This document shows positions 47,707-60,143 of a stretch of DNA of 64,000 nt, one piece after another. The notes below the pieces were generated by a model. The model did not search any database, was not told where the DNA came from, and worked only from the letters and a program-made list of their open reading frames with translations. A program made the translations under genes and the position numbers. The stretch comes from Candidatus Krumholzibacteriota bacterium. GTDB lineage: Bacteria; Krumholzibacteriota; Krumholzibacteriia; JAJRXK01. The stretch spans positions 160,001 through 224,000 of the forward strand of contig CAVSGG010000008.1 in NCBI GenBank assembly GCA_963727455.1. The letters are read 5' to 3'. The stretch's first letter is position 1. Each line of letters starts with the position of its first letter.

Positions 47707-49160
47707 TCAGAGTGCGGTCTCGTCGAAGTTCTCCAGGGTCCTCTTCACCGAGCTCAAGAACACCTCCGCGGTGGCGCCGTCGACCAGTCGATGATCGTAG
47801 CCCAGCGTCATGTACATCTTGGGCCGAATGGCGATGGCGTCGTCGACGACGCAGACCCTCTTCTCCACGCTTCCCATCCCCAAAATCGCGACGTTTGGCT
47901 GTGAGATCACCGGGAAGCCGATGAGTCCGCCGAAGGAGCCGGGATTGGTGATGGAGAAGGTTGAGCCCTGGATCTCACTCAAATCCAGCTTGCGATCCCT
48001 TGCTCGCTTGGCCAGGTCGTCGATGGCTCGCGCGATTCCGGTCATGGAGAGATCCTGCGCGCGGCGAATCACCGGCACGATGAGACCCTGTTCCAGGGCG
48101 ACGGCGATCCCGACGTTGATGTCACCATGGAGAATGGCCTCGTCCCCCACCAGCGATGCGTTGACCACGGGCGTCGCGCGGAGCGCGTCGACCACTGCCT
48201 TCACCATGAACACGGTGTAGCTGAGCTTGGCGCCGCCCGCCGCCTTCATGAACTCCTCGCGGTGAGCCTTGCGCAGCTGATCGATGCGGCTCATGTCCAC
48301 TTCGTACAGCGTGTGCACGTGCGGCGAAAGCGCCTTGGAGATGACCATGTGCTCGGCAATCTTCTTGCGCATCTGCGAGAGCGGTTCGACTGTGTCGTTC
48401 TCGCCCTTGCCGGAGAGATAGGCCTGGACGGTCTTGGCCGGCCATCCGCTGACTCCCAGCATGGCGGAGCCCTCTACCGCGGGGGGACCCCCGTTTCCTG
48501 CGGGGCGCCCTGCGCGGCAGACTGGGCGAGAACTACTGGCGGCTGCGGCTGCAGGCTTGGCACCGCCCTCCTCGATGTAGGCCAGGATATCCTTCTTGGT
48601 CACCCGGCCCTGGATTCCACTGCCTTCGATCTTGTGATGTCGATCTCGTGCTCGGCCGCGATCTTGCGGACCACCGGCGAACTCTTGGTCCGGATCCGCT
48701 CCTCCCGAGACGCCGTCCCCTTGTCGCCGGCCGCGCCGGAGACCTTGGACTCCTCGGACCGTGCCGGAACTGAGGGTGTGGCCTCAGCCGTACTGGATTC
48801 TTTGGTGGCCGCGGAGACCTCGGGCCCTTCACTTTTGGAGGCCTCGCTCTCTTGCGACTTCTCGTTCGCGGGCGTCGGGGAGGGTTCGGGCTCCTTGCTC
48901 TCGGACTTGGCGCCGGCGCCATCCTCTTCGCCGATTCGCGCGACGACGGTGTTGATTTCCACCGTTTCCCCTTCCCCAACCAGAATCTCCAGCAGAGTCC
49001 CCGCCTGGGGCGCGGGAATCTCCGCGTCCACCTTATCGGTGGAGATCTCGAATAGGGGCTCGTCGTGCTCGACCACATCGCCCACTTTCTTGAGCCACTT
49101 GGTGATGGTGCCCTCGGCGATGCTCTCGCCCATCTGAGGCATGATCACTTCGCTTGCCAT
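47707..49160 (-). CDS. 2-oxoacid dehydrogenase E2 (dihydrolipoamide acyltransferase), frameshifted in this assembly
   Basis: Lipoyl domain MPQMGESIAEG...EISTDKVDAEIP, binding domain SPVVRKIA, catalytic DHRLVDG; split near 48600-48640. Confidence 0.9.
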
Positions 49161-49224
49161 GGATCCTCCCGGCCAGCATTGGCAACTGGCGCTCGTAGAG
49201 ATTTCGAAAGGAAAGCTCGAACTT

Positions 49225-50205
49225 TCAGTATCGTACCAAAGTCCGGGCTTTCGCCACCACCTGAGCCGCTTGAGGCAGGAATGCCTCTTCCAGGGGGGGA
49301 CTGTAGGGCACCGCGCTATCCGGGGACGCAAGCCGCATCAAGGGTGCATCCAACCACTCGAAGGCTCTCTCGGAGATTCGCGCGGCGAGTTCACCTCCGA
49401 AGCCACCGTTCAGTGTCGCTTCGTGCAACAACAACACTCGACCGCTGCGCCGCGCCGCCGCGAGTACCGCCTCTTCATCCAGAGGAACGAGACTGCGCAG
49501 ATCCACAACTTGCGCCTCGATCCCGTCTTCTTCGGACAGCTGGCCCGCAGCCCGCAGTGCGGTGTGTACCATCGCTCCGTAGGTGATGATCGCCAGATCC
49601 CCGCCCTCTCGCAAAGTTGCAGCCTTCCCCAGCGGAGTAAGGATCTCCTCGTCCTCGGGAAGCTCCTCTTTGATCCGGCGGTAGAGGTACTTGTGCTCCA
49701 AAAAGAGTACTGGATCGTCGTCGCGGATCGCCGCTTTCAGAAGACCTTTCGCGTCGCGTGCGGTCGCCGGCTGCACGATTTTCAATCCCGGCGTGGAGCT
49801 AAAGAAGTTCTCCACGTTTTGGCTGTGGAATGGACCTCCGTGGACACCGCCCCCCGAAGGTCCCCGAATGACGATGGGCACCGAATAGCCCAGTCGGTAG
49901 CGCGCCTTCGCGGCCCAGTTGACGATCATGTTGAAGGCACAGGCGATGAAGTCGATGAACTGCATCTCGACCACCGGCCGCATGCCCTCCAGCCCCAGTC
50001 CGATGGCGCATCCCACGATTGCCGATTCGGAAATCGGAGTGTCCAGAATGCGCTTGGGTCCGAAATGTTCGAGCAGGCCCGAGGTTGCGCGAAATGCTCC
50101 GCCGTAGTGTCCGACGTCTTCTCCCATGAGCAGCACCGATTCGTCGCGCTCCATCTCCTCCCACAGCCCGTCATGAATGGCCTCGATGTAGCTCCGTTCC
50201 GCCAT
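49225..50205 (-). CDS. 2-oxoacid dehydrogenase E1 beta subunit
   Basis: MAERSYIEAI, GEDVG, DTPISE, EMQFIDF, GGPFHSQ; strong SD GGAGGAGG. Confidence 0.93.
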   Translation of the reverse strand: MAERSYIEAIHDGLWEEMERDESVLLMGEDVGHYGGAFRATSGLLEHFGPKRILDTPISESAIVGCAIGLGLEGMRPVVEMQFIDFIACAFNMIVNWAAKARYRLGYSVPIVIRGPSGGGVHGGPFHSQNVENFFSSTPGLKIVQPATARDAKGLLKAAIRDDDPVLFLEHKYLYRRIKEELPEDEEILTPLGKAATLREGGDLAIITYGAMVHTALRAAGQLSEEDGIEAQVVDLRSLVPLDEEAVLAAARRSGRVLLLHEATLNGGFGGELAARISERAFEWLDAPLMRLASPDSAVPYSPPLEEAFLPQAAQVVAKARTLVRY

Positions 50206-51256
50206 CACCCCTCCTCCCTTTGTCCGCGGCGAGGATCGTCGTCCTCCGCGTAGACTCCACCGAAGGCCAGCGAGGGATCGGGCATGGGCGAGTTCTGGGC
50301 ATACTCCGCGTCCTCCTCGAGTTCCTTGGCGATGGGTTCGCGCATTTCGTCCAGCTGCGAGCTGGGTGACCAGGCCTTCTCCCAAGAGGTAGTTCCGCAA
50401 GCGATCGATGGGATCGCGCGCCTCCCAGTACTTGCGAAGGTCCTGCGGCACGTAGCCGGCATCGTCGTGCTCGGCGTGTCCTCGACGGCGGAAGGTGAGC
50501 ATTTCCAACAAGATGGGGCCCTCTCCCTTGCGACATCGGCGCACGGCGCGCGCGGTCGAGTGATAGACTGCGATGACGTCGTTGCCGTCGACCCGCTCTC
50601 CCTTGATGCCATAGGCCTTGGCCCGGTCGGCGAAACGTGGATTGCCCGTTTGAGATGCGGTCGGAGTGCTGTACGCATAGCCGTTGTTCTCGCAGACGAG
50701 GATCAAGGGGAGCTTCCAGACCGCAGCCAGATTCAGGGCTTCGTGGAAATCTCCGGTGGAAGACCCACCGTCGCCGATGTAATTCATCGCCACGTTCTTC
50801 TTCCCGCGCAGCTTGGCGGCGAGAGCCGTTCCGGCGAGCACCGGAATCATCGCCCCCAGCATGGAAATGGGCGCCACGAGATCTCGTTCGATCGATCCGA
50901 AGTGGGTGTTGCCGTCACGACCGAAAGTAGGGACTTGTGGCGCGGGCCAGATACTGGGTGAAGATCTCCCGGGGACGAACGCCCTTGACCAGGAGCGATC
51001 CCAGGTTACGAATGAGCGCGCCCATTCGGTCGCCCTTTTCCAGGGCATAAGCGGTCCCCACCGCCACTGCTTCCTGTCCCAACGAACTGTAGAGACCGCC
51101 GACGACTTGGCCCTGACGGTAAAGCTTGCTCAAGCGGTCCTCGGTCATGCGCGTAAGGATCATGTACCGGTACAGTTCGAGAAGTTGTTTCTTGCCCAAA
51201 CGGGCAGTGGTATGGCGCAAGAGCGGAGGTACCGGATCAGCAGCATTGAACGCCAT
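50205..51256 (-). CDS. 2-oxoacid dehydrogenase E1 alpha subunit, two frameshifts (~50940, ~50360)
   Basis: GQEA, TPP motif GDGGSSTGDFHEALN...ENNGYAYS, RRRGHAEHD spread over three frames. Confidence 0.88.
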
Positions 51257-51259
51257 GGC

Positions 51260-52690
<1,431 letters not shown>

Positions 52691-52846
52691 CTACCACGCG
52701 GAGAGGGAAAAGTAGCACAAGTCCACGGTTTGCCCACCCGAAGCCCCAATTCCTTCGCCCAAACCCCCGCCGTGGGGCGCCGATTCATGGATTCAAATGT
52801 TTGGGTTTGATCGTCAAATGGTCTTACGGTGCGCGTGCCTCGGCGA

Positions 52847-52875
52847 TTGACAGCGCCAAGCGCCAACCGTAACCT
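52847..52875 (+). promoter_or_regulatory. Near-consensus sigma70 promoter of the PqqD gene
   Basis: TTGACA-17 nt-TAACCT. Confidence 0.65.
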
Positions 52876-52911
52876 CTTCTCCCGACCGGTCCTATGCCCC
52901 TTGGAGGAACC

Positions 52912-53205
52912 GTGGTCTTCAACCCCGACTTTCGCCCGAGCCGAAACGATCAGGTCCGTTGGCAGGCTGTCGACGAAGAGGGCATCCTCGTGAATCTCGA
53001 GACGGGCTTTTACTTCAGTTTGAATCCAGTGGCCCTGTTCATCTGGGACCTCTGCGATGGCGAAGCTTCCAACGCGCAGATTCTGGAGAAGATCGTGGAG
53101 AACTTCGACGTGGTCGAGGAGACGGCCCGTCAAGATTTCGAGGCATTTCTGGAGGCCCTGGAGAACGAGAACCTCCTCGTCGTGTCTCCTCCCAGGGCGA
53201 GCTAG
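52912..53205 (+). CDS. PqqD family protein (stand-alone RiPP recognition element)
   Basis: VDEEGILVNLETGFYFSLNPVALFIWDLCDG...FDVVEETARQDFEAFLEALENENLL; GGAGG SD before GTG. Confidence 0.9.
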   Translation: MVFNPDFRPSRNDQVRWQAVDEEGILVNLETGFYFSLNPVALFIWDLCDGEASNAQILEKIVENFDVVEETARQDFEAFLEALENENLLVVSPPRAS

Positions 53206-54308
53206 CCGCGAAAGTCCTCTCTTCGCGGATGCACAAACCCCCTCCCCCCAAGCGTGGATTGACGAAGCACGGGTCGCGCCAAGAGCGTGAGTACCTGTGG
53301 ACCCAGGATTTCGACCGCAGGAATACCTCCGTCGCATAGTTGAGATACCAGATCGGGACCACGCCACTTCTTCGGCGCTGCCATAGCGTACGCGCGACCA
53401 GACCGCGCCAAATCCGTGATCGAAGCGTCCCGGACCCGCCAGACTCTGGGTAGGCCCGCGGGGCCCTGGAGACCAAGGAGCAAACTGGCAGTCCGCAGCA
53501 CCCGGCTCAGCTCCTATTGCACTCCCATTTCCCTCGCGCGCGCGGAGAGGGTATGCCCATCGACCCTTCTCCGGCGCGCGAAGGCCAGCGTCTCCACACG
53601 GCCGGATCATGCCGGCGTAGTTCTCGTCATGGTCGATGCGGAGGCACGAATGGATGAGTGAATCGTAATCGTCCAGGCGCCTCATCTTCTCGTAATCGGG
53701 GCGAGAGAGGAAGGGAACGCGTCCACATCCCGTCCAGATCGAGATGAAAGGGATGCGGGGGACGAACCATGATCCCAGTGCAAGTTGAGCCTGAGTGCGG
53801 GACAGCTGGGTAAATAACGTGGCTCGGCGCGGTGATGGTGCAGGTAATATTCCTGCGGAAGCTTGCCGAGGCGCAGAAAGCCACAAGCATCGACCAAGCG
53901 TTCAGCCTCTTCCATCGCGGCGCGGCCGAGCAGGAGATCCATTTCGCCCGGACCGCGCAGCCAGCCCCGAGGCTCGTAGAGCAAGATGCGCAGGGCGGTC
54001 CCGTTCAGAGCGATCGCGGGAATGGAAGCTTCGGCGAATTTCTCAGCCAGCCGCCGTGTCGAGTCCCCGGCGACCAGATCGAAGGCAGCCGTGAGTTCGT
54101 GTGCCTCCTGCATCCTCAACTTGAGCAGTGGGGGAAGCTCGTCGTAGACGCCTTCGTCCTTTAGTACTCGGTAGAGCAAGGGGAGAATGCCGTTGTCGTT
54201 GGCCAGCTCCAAACCGGAGGCGTCGGGAGCCAGAAGGGGACAGCTCGTCTCGTCTTTGGCCATGAGACGAGCGATCCAGTGCAGCAGCTGATGAGGGGCG
54301 CGGTTCAC
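53202..54308 (-). CDS. Uncharacterised nucleotidyltransferase family protein (NTP_transf_5-like), frameshifted in the 3' half
   Basis: GILPLLY, IALNGTAL...Y...LRGPGEMDLLL, LNLHW (family pattern LKG..L...Y...R...DIDLL, ELHW); continuation in other frames to 53202. Confidence 0.7.
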
Positions 54309-54329
54309 GCTAGGCTCCGAGGAGGGGAT

Positions 54330-55286
54330 CTAGTGTCGATACACGTAGATGGAAAAGACGATGTACAGAGTCAAGAGCATCGCGGCTTCCGGCCGCTCCA
54401 CGCGGCCGTGGCGACGCATGATGGGAATGACCGCCAGCGTGAACAAGAGCATCACCATGAGCAAGAACCCAGTGGATCCGGATTCGTAAGGAATCTCAGC
54501 TCCTCCGAAGCACGCACTGATACCCAGCACGAAGAGCAAGTTGAGGATGTTCGAGCCAAGGATGTTGCCCACACCGATCTCATGCTGTCCTCTCAGTACC
54601 GCCACCACCGAAGCCGCAAGCTCGGGAAGGGAGGTGCCCTACGGCAACCATGGTGGCGCCGATCACACTCTCGTCGATTCCCAATTGCAAGGCGATGGCC
54701 CTGGCGCCCGTCACGAGCACTGTCGCACCGCCCACCAAGAAGGCCAGACCCAACACGACCATGAGCGAAGGAAGCAGCATACCTCCCTCGCCAGGATCGA
54801 TTACTCCCTCCAACGGTGTCTCCTTGATGGCATGTCCGCTTCTGACGTAGTACCAGGTGAAGAGAACGAGGCCCAGGAGGAGGATGATCCCGTCGTAGAC
54901 GGAATAACCCGCGCGGAAAGAGGGCCAGCGCGATTCCCAGGAGAGTCATCGCAACCAGGATCTTGACCTCCGCGCTCACCCGCGCCCAGGGCACATGGAT
55001 GGGCCGAAGCAGTCCCAGGATGCCCAAAATGAGTCCAATATTGGCGATATTGGATCCCAATACGTTTCCCAGGGCCAAACCGCCCGAACCCATTCGTGCC
55101 GCGGTGAGCGATGCGACCGCTTCGGGAGCACTGGTCCCGAAGGCCACGATCGTCATCCCCACCACCATGGGACGGACCCCCATGCGGAAGGCAATGCGAG
55201 ATCGAGCCCCGAACGAGGATCTCGGCACCGAACCAGGTACCGATCGCCCCACCCACCAGGTATGCGATAGCCAGGAAGCCATGCAC
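54330..55286 (-). CDS. Calcium/sodium antiporter (CaCA, YrbG-like), frameshifted
   Basis: Alpha repeats VAFGTSAPE...GNVLGSNIANI and IGATMVAVG...GNILGSNILN across frames. Confidence 0.88.
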
Positions 55287-55359
55287 TTGGATCCGTCTCC
55301 TTTGCGAATGGGGCCTCACGGAGCGAGCCCGCGCCGCCTTCGTTCGCGGCGGCGCTCCG

Positions 55360-55388
55360 TTGACCGCTGATCGGCTTCACCGTATCCT
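55360..55388 (+). promoter_or_regulatory. Putative sigma70 promoter of the sugar operon
   Basis: TTGACC-17 nt-TATCCT. Confidence 0.55.
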
Positions 55389-55459
55389 TGCTTCTCCTTC
55401 ATGCCAAGACTCAGCTTGCCATGTCGCCCTCAAGGACGAACTACAGGAGAACGCGGATA

Positions 55460-56434
55460 ATGCGCGCATTGATCACCGGGTACACGGGTTTCGTGGGTAG
55501 CCATCTCGCGGAGGCCCTTCTCGAGCGCGGCACCGAAGTGTACGGGCTCTATCGCTGGCGGAGCCGGCTCGAGAACGTCAAACACCTCCAGGGCCGCGTT
55601 CACCTGGTCGAGGGAGACATCGCCGACGCGGCGGCGATGCGCCACGCCGTGGCGCTCTCGCGTCCGGACGAAATCTACCATCTGGCGGCACAGTCTTTCG
55701 TTCCGACCTCGTGGACGAGCCCGGGCGCCACTCTGGATACCAACATCCAGGGTGAGCTCAATCTTTTCGAAGCAGTGCGGCAGCTCGAAGATCTCCCCAC
55801 GAATTCAAATCGCCGGTAGCAGCGAGGAGTACGGACTCGTTCGTGAGGATGAACTGCCGATCACCGAGGAGCAACCGCTCCGCCCCCTCTCCCCCTACGC
55901 GGTGAGCAAGGTGGCCCAAGATCTCTTGGCACATCAGTACTTTCGCTCGTACGGACTCGATGTGGTTCGCACGCGCGGATTCAATCACACCGGACCCCGC
56001 CGCGGTCAGGTCTTCGTGTGTTCCAATTTTGCCTGGCAGATCGTCCGAATCGAGCGCGGCAGGCGGAGCCCATCATCCGCGTGGGCAACCTCGAAGCCCG
56101 CAGGGATTTCACGGACGTAAGGGACATCGTGAGGGGCTATCAGCTCGCCTTGCAAAAGGGCGAGGCCGGCGAGGTCTACAATCTGTGTTCCGGCCGCGAT
56201 TGGAGCATTCAGCAGATCCTGGATCACCTGCTCTCGCGCAGCGAGGTCGAGGTGAAAGTCGAATTCGATCCTGCGCGCGCTCGACCCAGCGACGTGCCCG
56301 TCCTTCAGGGCAGTGCCGCGAAATTTCATGCTGTCTCCGGATGGAAACCCGAAATTCCCTTCGAGAGAACCCTCGATCAGATTCTGGACCACTGGCGGCA
56401 AGATCTTGCGTCCGCAAGAGGCTCCGACTCTTGA
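55460..56434 (+). CDS. GDP-mannose 4,6-dehydratase / Rmd-like extended SDR, two frameshifts
   Basis: ITGYTGFVGSHL, HLAAQSFV, GSSEEYG, SPYAVSK, FNHTGPRR, GNLEARRDFTDVRD. Confidence 0.85.
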
Positions 56435-57403
56435 AGCGCGCTTGGGTCACGGGGAGTCATGGCTTCGTTGCGCCATGGTTGATTCGTGAGCTCACACGGC
56501 GAAGAATCGAGGTCTTCGGGATCGACCGTCCCGGCCGTCCGCCCCGCACAAGAAGGCGAATACGAGGGACTCGAGCTGGACCTTCTCGACCCAGGCCGTA
56601 GATCGCGCCCTGCGGAAACATCGGCCCGACGCAATTTTCCATCTCGCCGCGCAGAGTAGCGCCGCGCGTTCCTTCCAGCATCCCGCAGAGACCCTGCACG
56701 TGAACGTGCAGACCACGGTGAGTTGCTCGAGGGAATCAGGCGTTCGGCAAGAGACGAAATGGTGTTGCTCTCGGTGGGTTCCTGCGAAGAGTACGGGCCG
56801 ATTCATGACGAGCAGGAGATTCCAGTGCGCGAGGATCACGCGCTGCGTCCAGCATCGCCCTACGCCGTGAGCAAAGTGGCGCAGACGCTGCTGTGCCTAC
56901 AGTACCACGAGGCCTATGCTCTGCCCGTGGTCTGCACGCGATCCTTCACTCACAGTGGCCCCGGCCAGAGCGACCGCTTCGTGTTCTCGAGCTTTGCCCG
57001 CCAGATCGCCGAGCAAGAGAAGGAAGGCCAAAGGGGACCAGGTGAGCTCCTCGTGGGAAACCTGGCGGCAGTGCGCGACTTGAGCGACGTGCGAGACGTT
57101 GCGCGCGCCTATGTGGAATTGGCCGAGAAGGGTAAACGCGGCGAGGTGTACAACGTGTGCTCCGGGAGGGGTATCGCGATCGAAGATGGGCTCTCGATTC
57201 TCCGCTCGCTCTCCAAGCGCGAAGTCGAGGTCAAGGTCGATCCGAAACGGCTCCGGCCGCTCGACGTTCCCGTCCTAGTGGGAGACGTGAGCAAGTTGCG
57301 CTCTCTCTTGGGTTGGTCCCCCTCCACGCCGGTCGAGCAAACTCTCGGTGATCTGCTCCAAGATTGGCGCATGCAGCTTCAGAGAGGAGAGCCCAATGGC
57401 TAG
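56431..57403 (+). CDS. Second Gmd/Rmd-like extended SDR, frameshift near 56550
   Basis: VTGSHGFV, HLAAQSS, GSCEEYG, SPYAVSK, GNLAAVRDLSDVRD. Confidence 0.83.
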
Positions 57404-58703
57404 GATTTGCATGGTGGGGACCGGCTACGTCGGGCTGGTGTCGGGCGCCTGCTTCGCGGACTTCGGTCACGAAGTTCACTGCGTGGACATCGACGAAAAG
57501 CGCATCGAGGCCCTGAAGCGTCACGAAATTCCCTTCTTCGAGCCGGGTCTCGATCAGCTCGTGCTCCGTAACCATCAGTCAGGCAGACTCCACTTCAGCA
57601 CGAAGCTCGAGGCGGGTATCCGCGCCTGTGAGGTCATCATGATCGCGGTCCAGACTCCGAGCGGAGAGCGCGGTGAAGCCGACTTGCGTCACGTTTTGAG
57701 CGTGGCACGGGAGGTGGGACGGCATCTCTTGCCGAAGGAACGGAAGCTGATCGTGACCAAGAGTACGGTTCCCGTGGGCACCTCACGCCGAGTCAAGGCG
57801 GAGATCGCGGAGAGCGCGCCTTCGGGCTCGGTATTCGAAGTCGCTTCGAATCCCGAGTTCCTGCGCGAAGGCAGCGCGATTGAGGATTTCATGCGACCGG
57901 ACCGCGTGGTTCTCGGGGTTGAGTCCGAGGAGGCGGAGCGAGTGCTGCGCGAACTCTATCGGCCGCTCTTTCTGCTCGAGACGCCGATGGTCGCTTGCGA
58001 CATCTCCACCAGCGAGCTGATCAAGTACGCGAGCAATGCGTTTCTGGCTTTGAAGATCTCCTACATCAACGAGCTTGCCGATCTCTGCGAGCGGACCGGG
58101 GCCAACATCTCTGCCGTGGCTAAAGCCATGGGACTGGATGGCCGCATCGGCCCCAAATTCCTCCATCCCGGGCTGGGATTCGGAGGATCCTGCCTTCCCA
58201 AGGACACCAGAGCGATCGTGAACATGGCAAAGGAACACGGAGAGGAATTATCGATCATCTCGGCCGCGATCCGGGTGAACATGATGCGCGTCCCCCGAGC
58301 GGTACAAAAGCTCGAGGGGCTTCTGGGAAAGATCGAAGGCAAGCGCGTGGCCCTTTTGGGACTTGCGTTCAAACCCAACACCGATGACGTGCGGGAGGCC
58401 CCCGCGATCGAGCTGGTAAAAGTCCTGCGCGAGAGAGGCGCTAGTGTGGTGGGATTCGATCCCCAGGCCGCCGAGAGCTTTCGCCGAGTCGTGAGGGACA
58501 TGGAGACGGCGCAGGACGCTTACGCCTGCGCTGAAGCTGCGGACGCCCTCGTTCTGGTCACCGAGTGGAATTCCTTCCGTACCCTCGATCTACTGCGTTT
58601 GAAGTCCTCAATGCGGACCGCCGTATTCCTGGATTGCCGCAACGTCTACGAGCGTGCGCGCATGGAGAGTTTGGGATTCGCCTACGATTGCTTTGGACGG
58701 TGA
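57396..58703 (+). CDS. ugd: UDP-glucose/GDP-mannose 6-dehydrogenase
   Basis: GTGYVGL, KSTVPVG, NPEFLREG, KYASNAFLA, GFGGSCLPKD, FKPNTDD. Confidence 0.94.
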   Translation: MARICMVGTGYVGLVSGACFADFGHEVHCVDIDEKRIEALKRHEIPFFEPGLDQLVLRNHQSGRLHFSTKLEAGIRACEVIMIAVQTPSGERGEADLRHVLSVAREVGRHLLPKERKLIVTKSTVPVGTSRRVKAEIAESAPSGSVFEVASNPEFLREGSAIEDFMRPDRVVLGVESEEAERVLRELYRPLFLLETPMVACDISTSELIKYASNAFLALKISYINELADLCERTGANISAVAKAMGLDGRIGPKFLHPGLGFGGSCLPKDTRAIVNMAKEHGEELSIISAAIRVNMMRVPRAVQKLEGLLGKIEGKRVALLGLAFKPNTDDVREAPAIELVKVLRERGASVVGFDPQAAESFRRVVRDMETAQDAYACAEAADALVLVTEWNSFRTLDLLRLKSSMRTAVFLDCRNVYERARMESLGFAYDCFGR

Positions 58704-58713
58704 TTCCGTGGAG

Positions 58714-59976
58714 ATGAAGGCACGGAGCGGCTTCGCTGCGGGCATGGCCTGGAACCTGGCCTCCGCCGCTCTTCCCCTCGTCGCGTCGTTCTTGGTTTCG
58801 GTGCTCCTCTTCCCCTACCTCGGACGAGAAGCGACCGGGCAATACATCCTGGTCATGTCGGCCGCCACCGTGCTCCTCATCGTGGCCAAGTTCGGGGTGC
58901 AGTCAGCGGCCAGCCGACTGATCACCGAGAACCAAGAAGACCCGGGAGTTTGGATCAGGGCCGGTATCGCGGTGCGGAGTCTTTTCACGCTCCCAACCGC
59001 TTTGCTCGCACTAGTGATCTCCCCTTTTCTGGCGCGAGCGATCGACGGGCCTTCGCTCATACCTCCCTTCTGGTTGGTGGCTCCCGTTCTCTTGGCGGCC
59101 TCGGCCTATGAGCTCGCTAGCGAATCCCTGGTCGGGCTGAGGCGCTTCTCCGCGATCTTCTTGGTTCGCCTGTTGTTTCTCGTGCTGCGGGTGGCCGCGG
59201 TGCTCGTCGTGCGCTCGTCTGCCCTGGGTGTCGTGGCCTTTCTCGTCGGACACGTACTGTCCCAGCTTCTGACCTCCGCGGCAGCCTGGGGCTGGATCCT
59301 GCGGCACTTTCCCTCCCGTGCAACTCAGGAGGAGAAAACGCGGGCGCGCAAACGTGTATTGGCGGTGAGCGCCCCTTTGGCGCTGTCTTCGGCGTCCTTT
59401 CTCATCTACGCCCAAACCGACAAGCTCATGGTGGGTTGGTTGCGTGACGCGGCGACCGCAGGAGATTTTGGGGTGGCGCGCACGGTGCTCGACGCGGCTC
59501 TGTTTCCGACCTTTGCGCTCGCCTGGACGCTCAGACCAGCCCTGGTGAGCGCGTTCCAGTCGCGAGACGTCCAGGAGACACGCGCGCGTCTCTTGGAGGG
59601 ATTGCGCTGGTCGGTGGCCTATGCACTGCTGGGTGGACTCCTGCTGTATTGGTTGGGACCGGCCGTTCTGGTGCGGCTGTTTACGCGCGACTTTTCCGCC
59701 TCCGGACCCCTCCTGCGCATCATGGTGCCCATATTGGTGCTGCGCGGGATTGGCACTGTCATTTTCCCCAGCCTGCTCGCCGCTGACCGTCAAACTACCT
59801 ATGCCCGACTCATGGTCCTCACGGCTCTCTTGAACGTGGCGGCCAACTTCCTTCTCATTCCCCCCTTGGGGGCAGAAGGCGCGATCCTGGCCACCATCGC
59901 CAGCTTGCTCCCTTTGACCGTGGGTGGATTGTGGATCGTGGCGAAGCTCTTCTTGAGAAGTGAGCAAAGCCGCTGA
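58714..59976 (+). CDS. Wzx-type polysaccharide flippase (MOP superfamily)
   Basis: About 12 TM segments, TDKLMVG, LNVAANFLLIPPLGAEGAILAT. Confidence 0.87.
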   Translation: MKARSGFAAGMAWNLASAALPLVASFLVSVLLFPYLGREATGQYILVMSAATVLLIVAKFGVQSAASRLITENQEDPGVWIRAGIAVRSLFTLPTALLALVISPFLARAIDGPSLIPPFWLVAPVLLAASAYELASESLVGLRRFSAIFLVRLLFLVLRVAAVLVVRSSALGVVAFLVGHVLSQLLTSAAAWGWILRHFPSRATQEEKTRARKRVLAVSAPLALSSASFLIYAQTDKLMVGWLRDAATAGDFGVARTVLDAALFPTFALAWTLRPALVSAFQSRDVQETRARLLEGLRWSVAYALLGGLLLYWLGPAVLVRLFTRDFSASGPLLRIMVPILVLRGIGTVIFPSLLAADRQTTYARLMVLTALLNVAANFLLIPPLGAEGAILATIASLLPLTVGGLWIVAKLFLRSEQSR

Positions 59977-60143
59977 GAGTTCACGCTCTTCGGCCGCGGA
60001 TGCCCGAAAGACTCCGAACTCCAAGGTGAGAGTCCGCAGCATCGATAATGCTTGACCTGTTCGCCGGGGAACGGTAAACGAAGGGCAGCGCCGCGATTCG
60101 CCGCACTTGCGCCTTGCCTCCTCGACTTCGGAGAAGCGCGAAC

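Noticed and set aside
49225-51048. Apparent 607-aa E1 alpha-beta fusion
   Set aside because: Produced by a frameshift near 50360. The alpha C-terminus is in another frame ending at 50205, and beta has its own strong SD and ATG.
52806-52818. TTTGATCGTCAAA as an FNR box
   Set aside because: The spacing does not fit TTGAT-N4-ATCAA.
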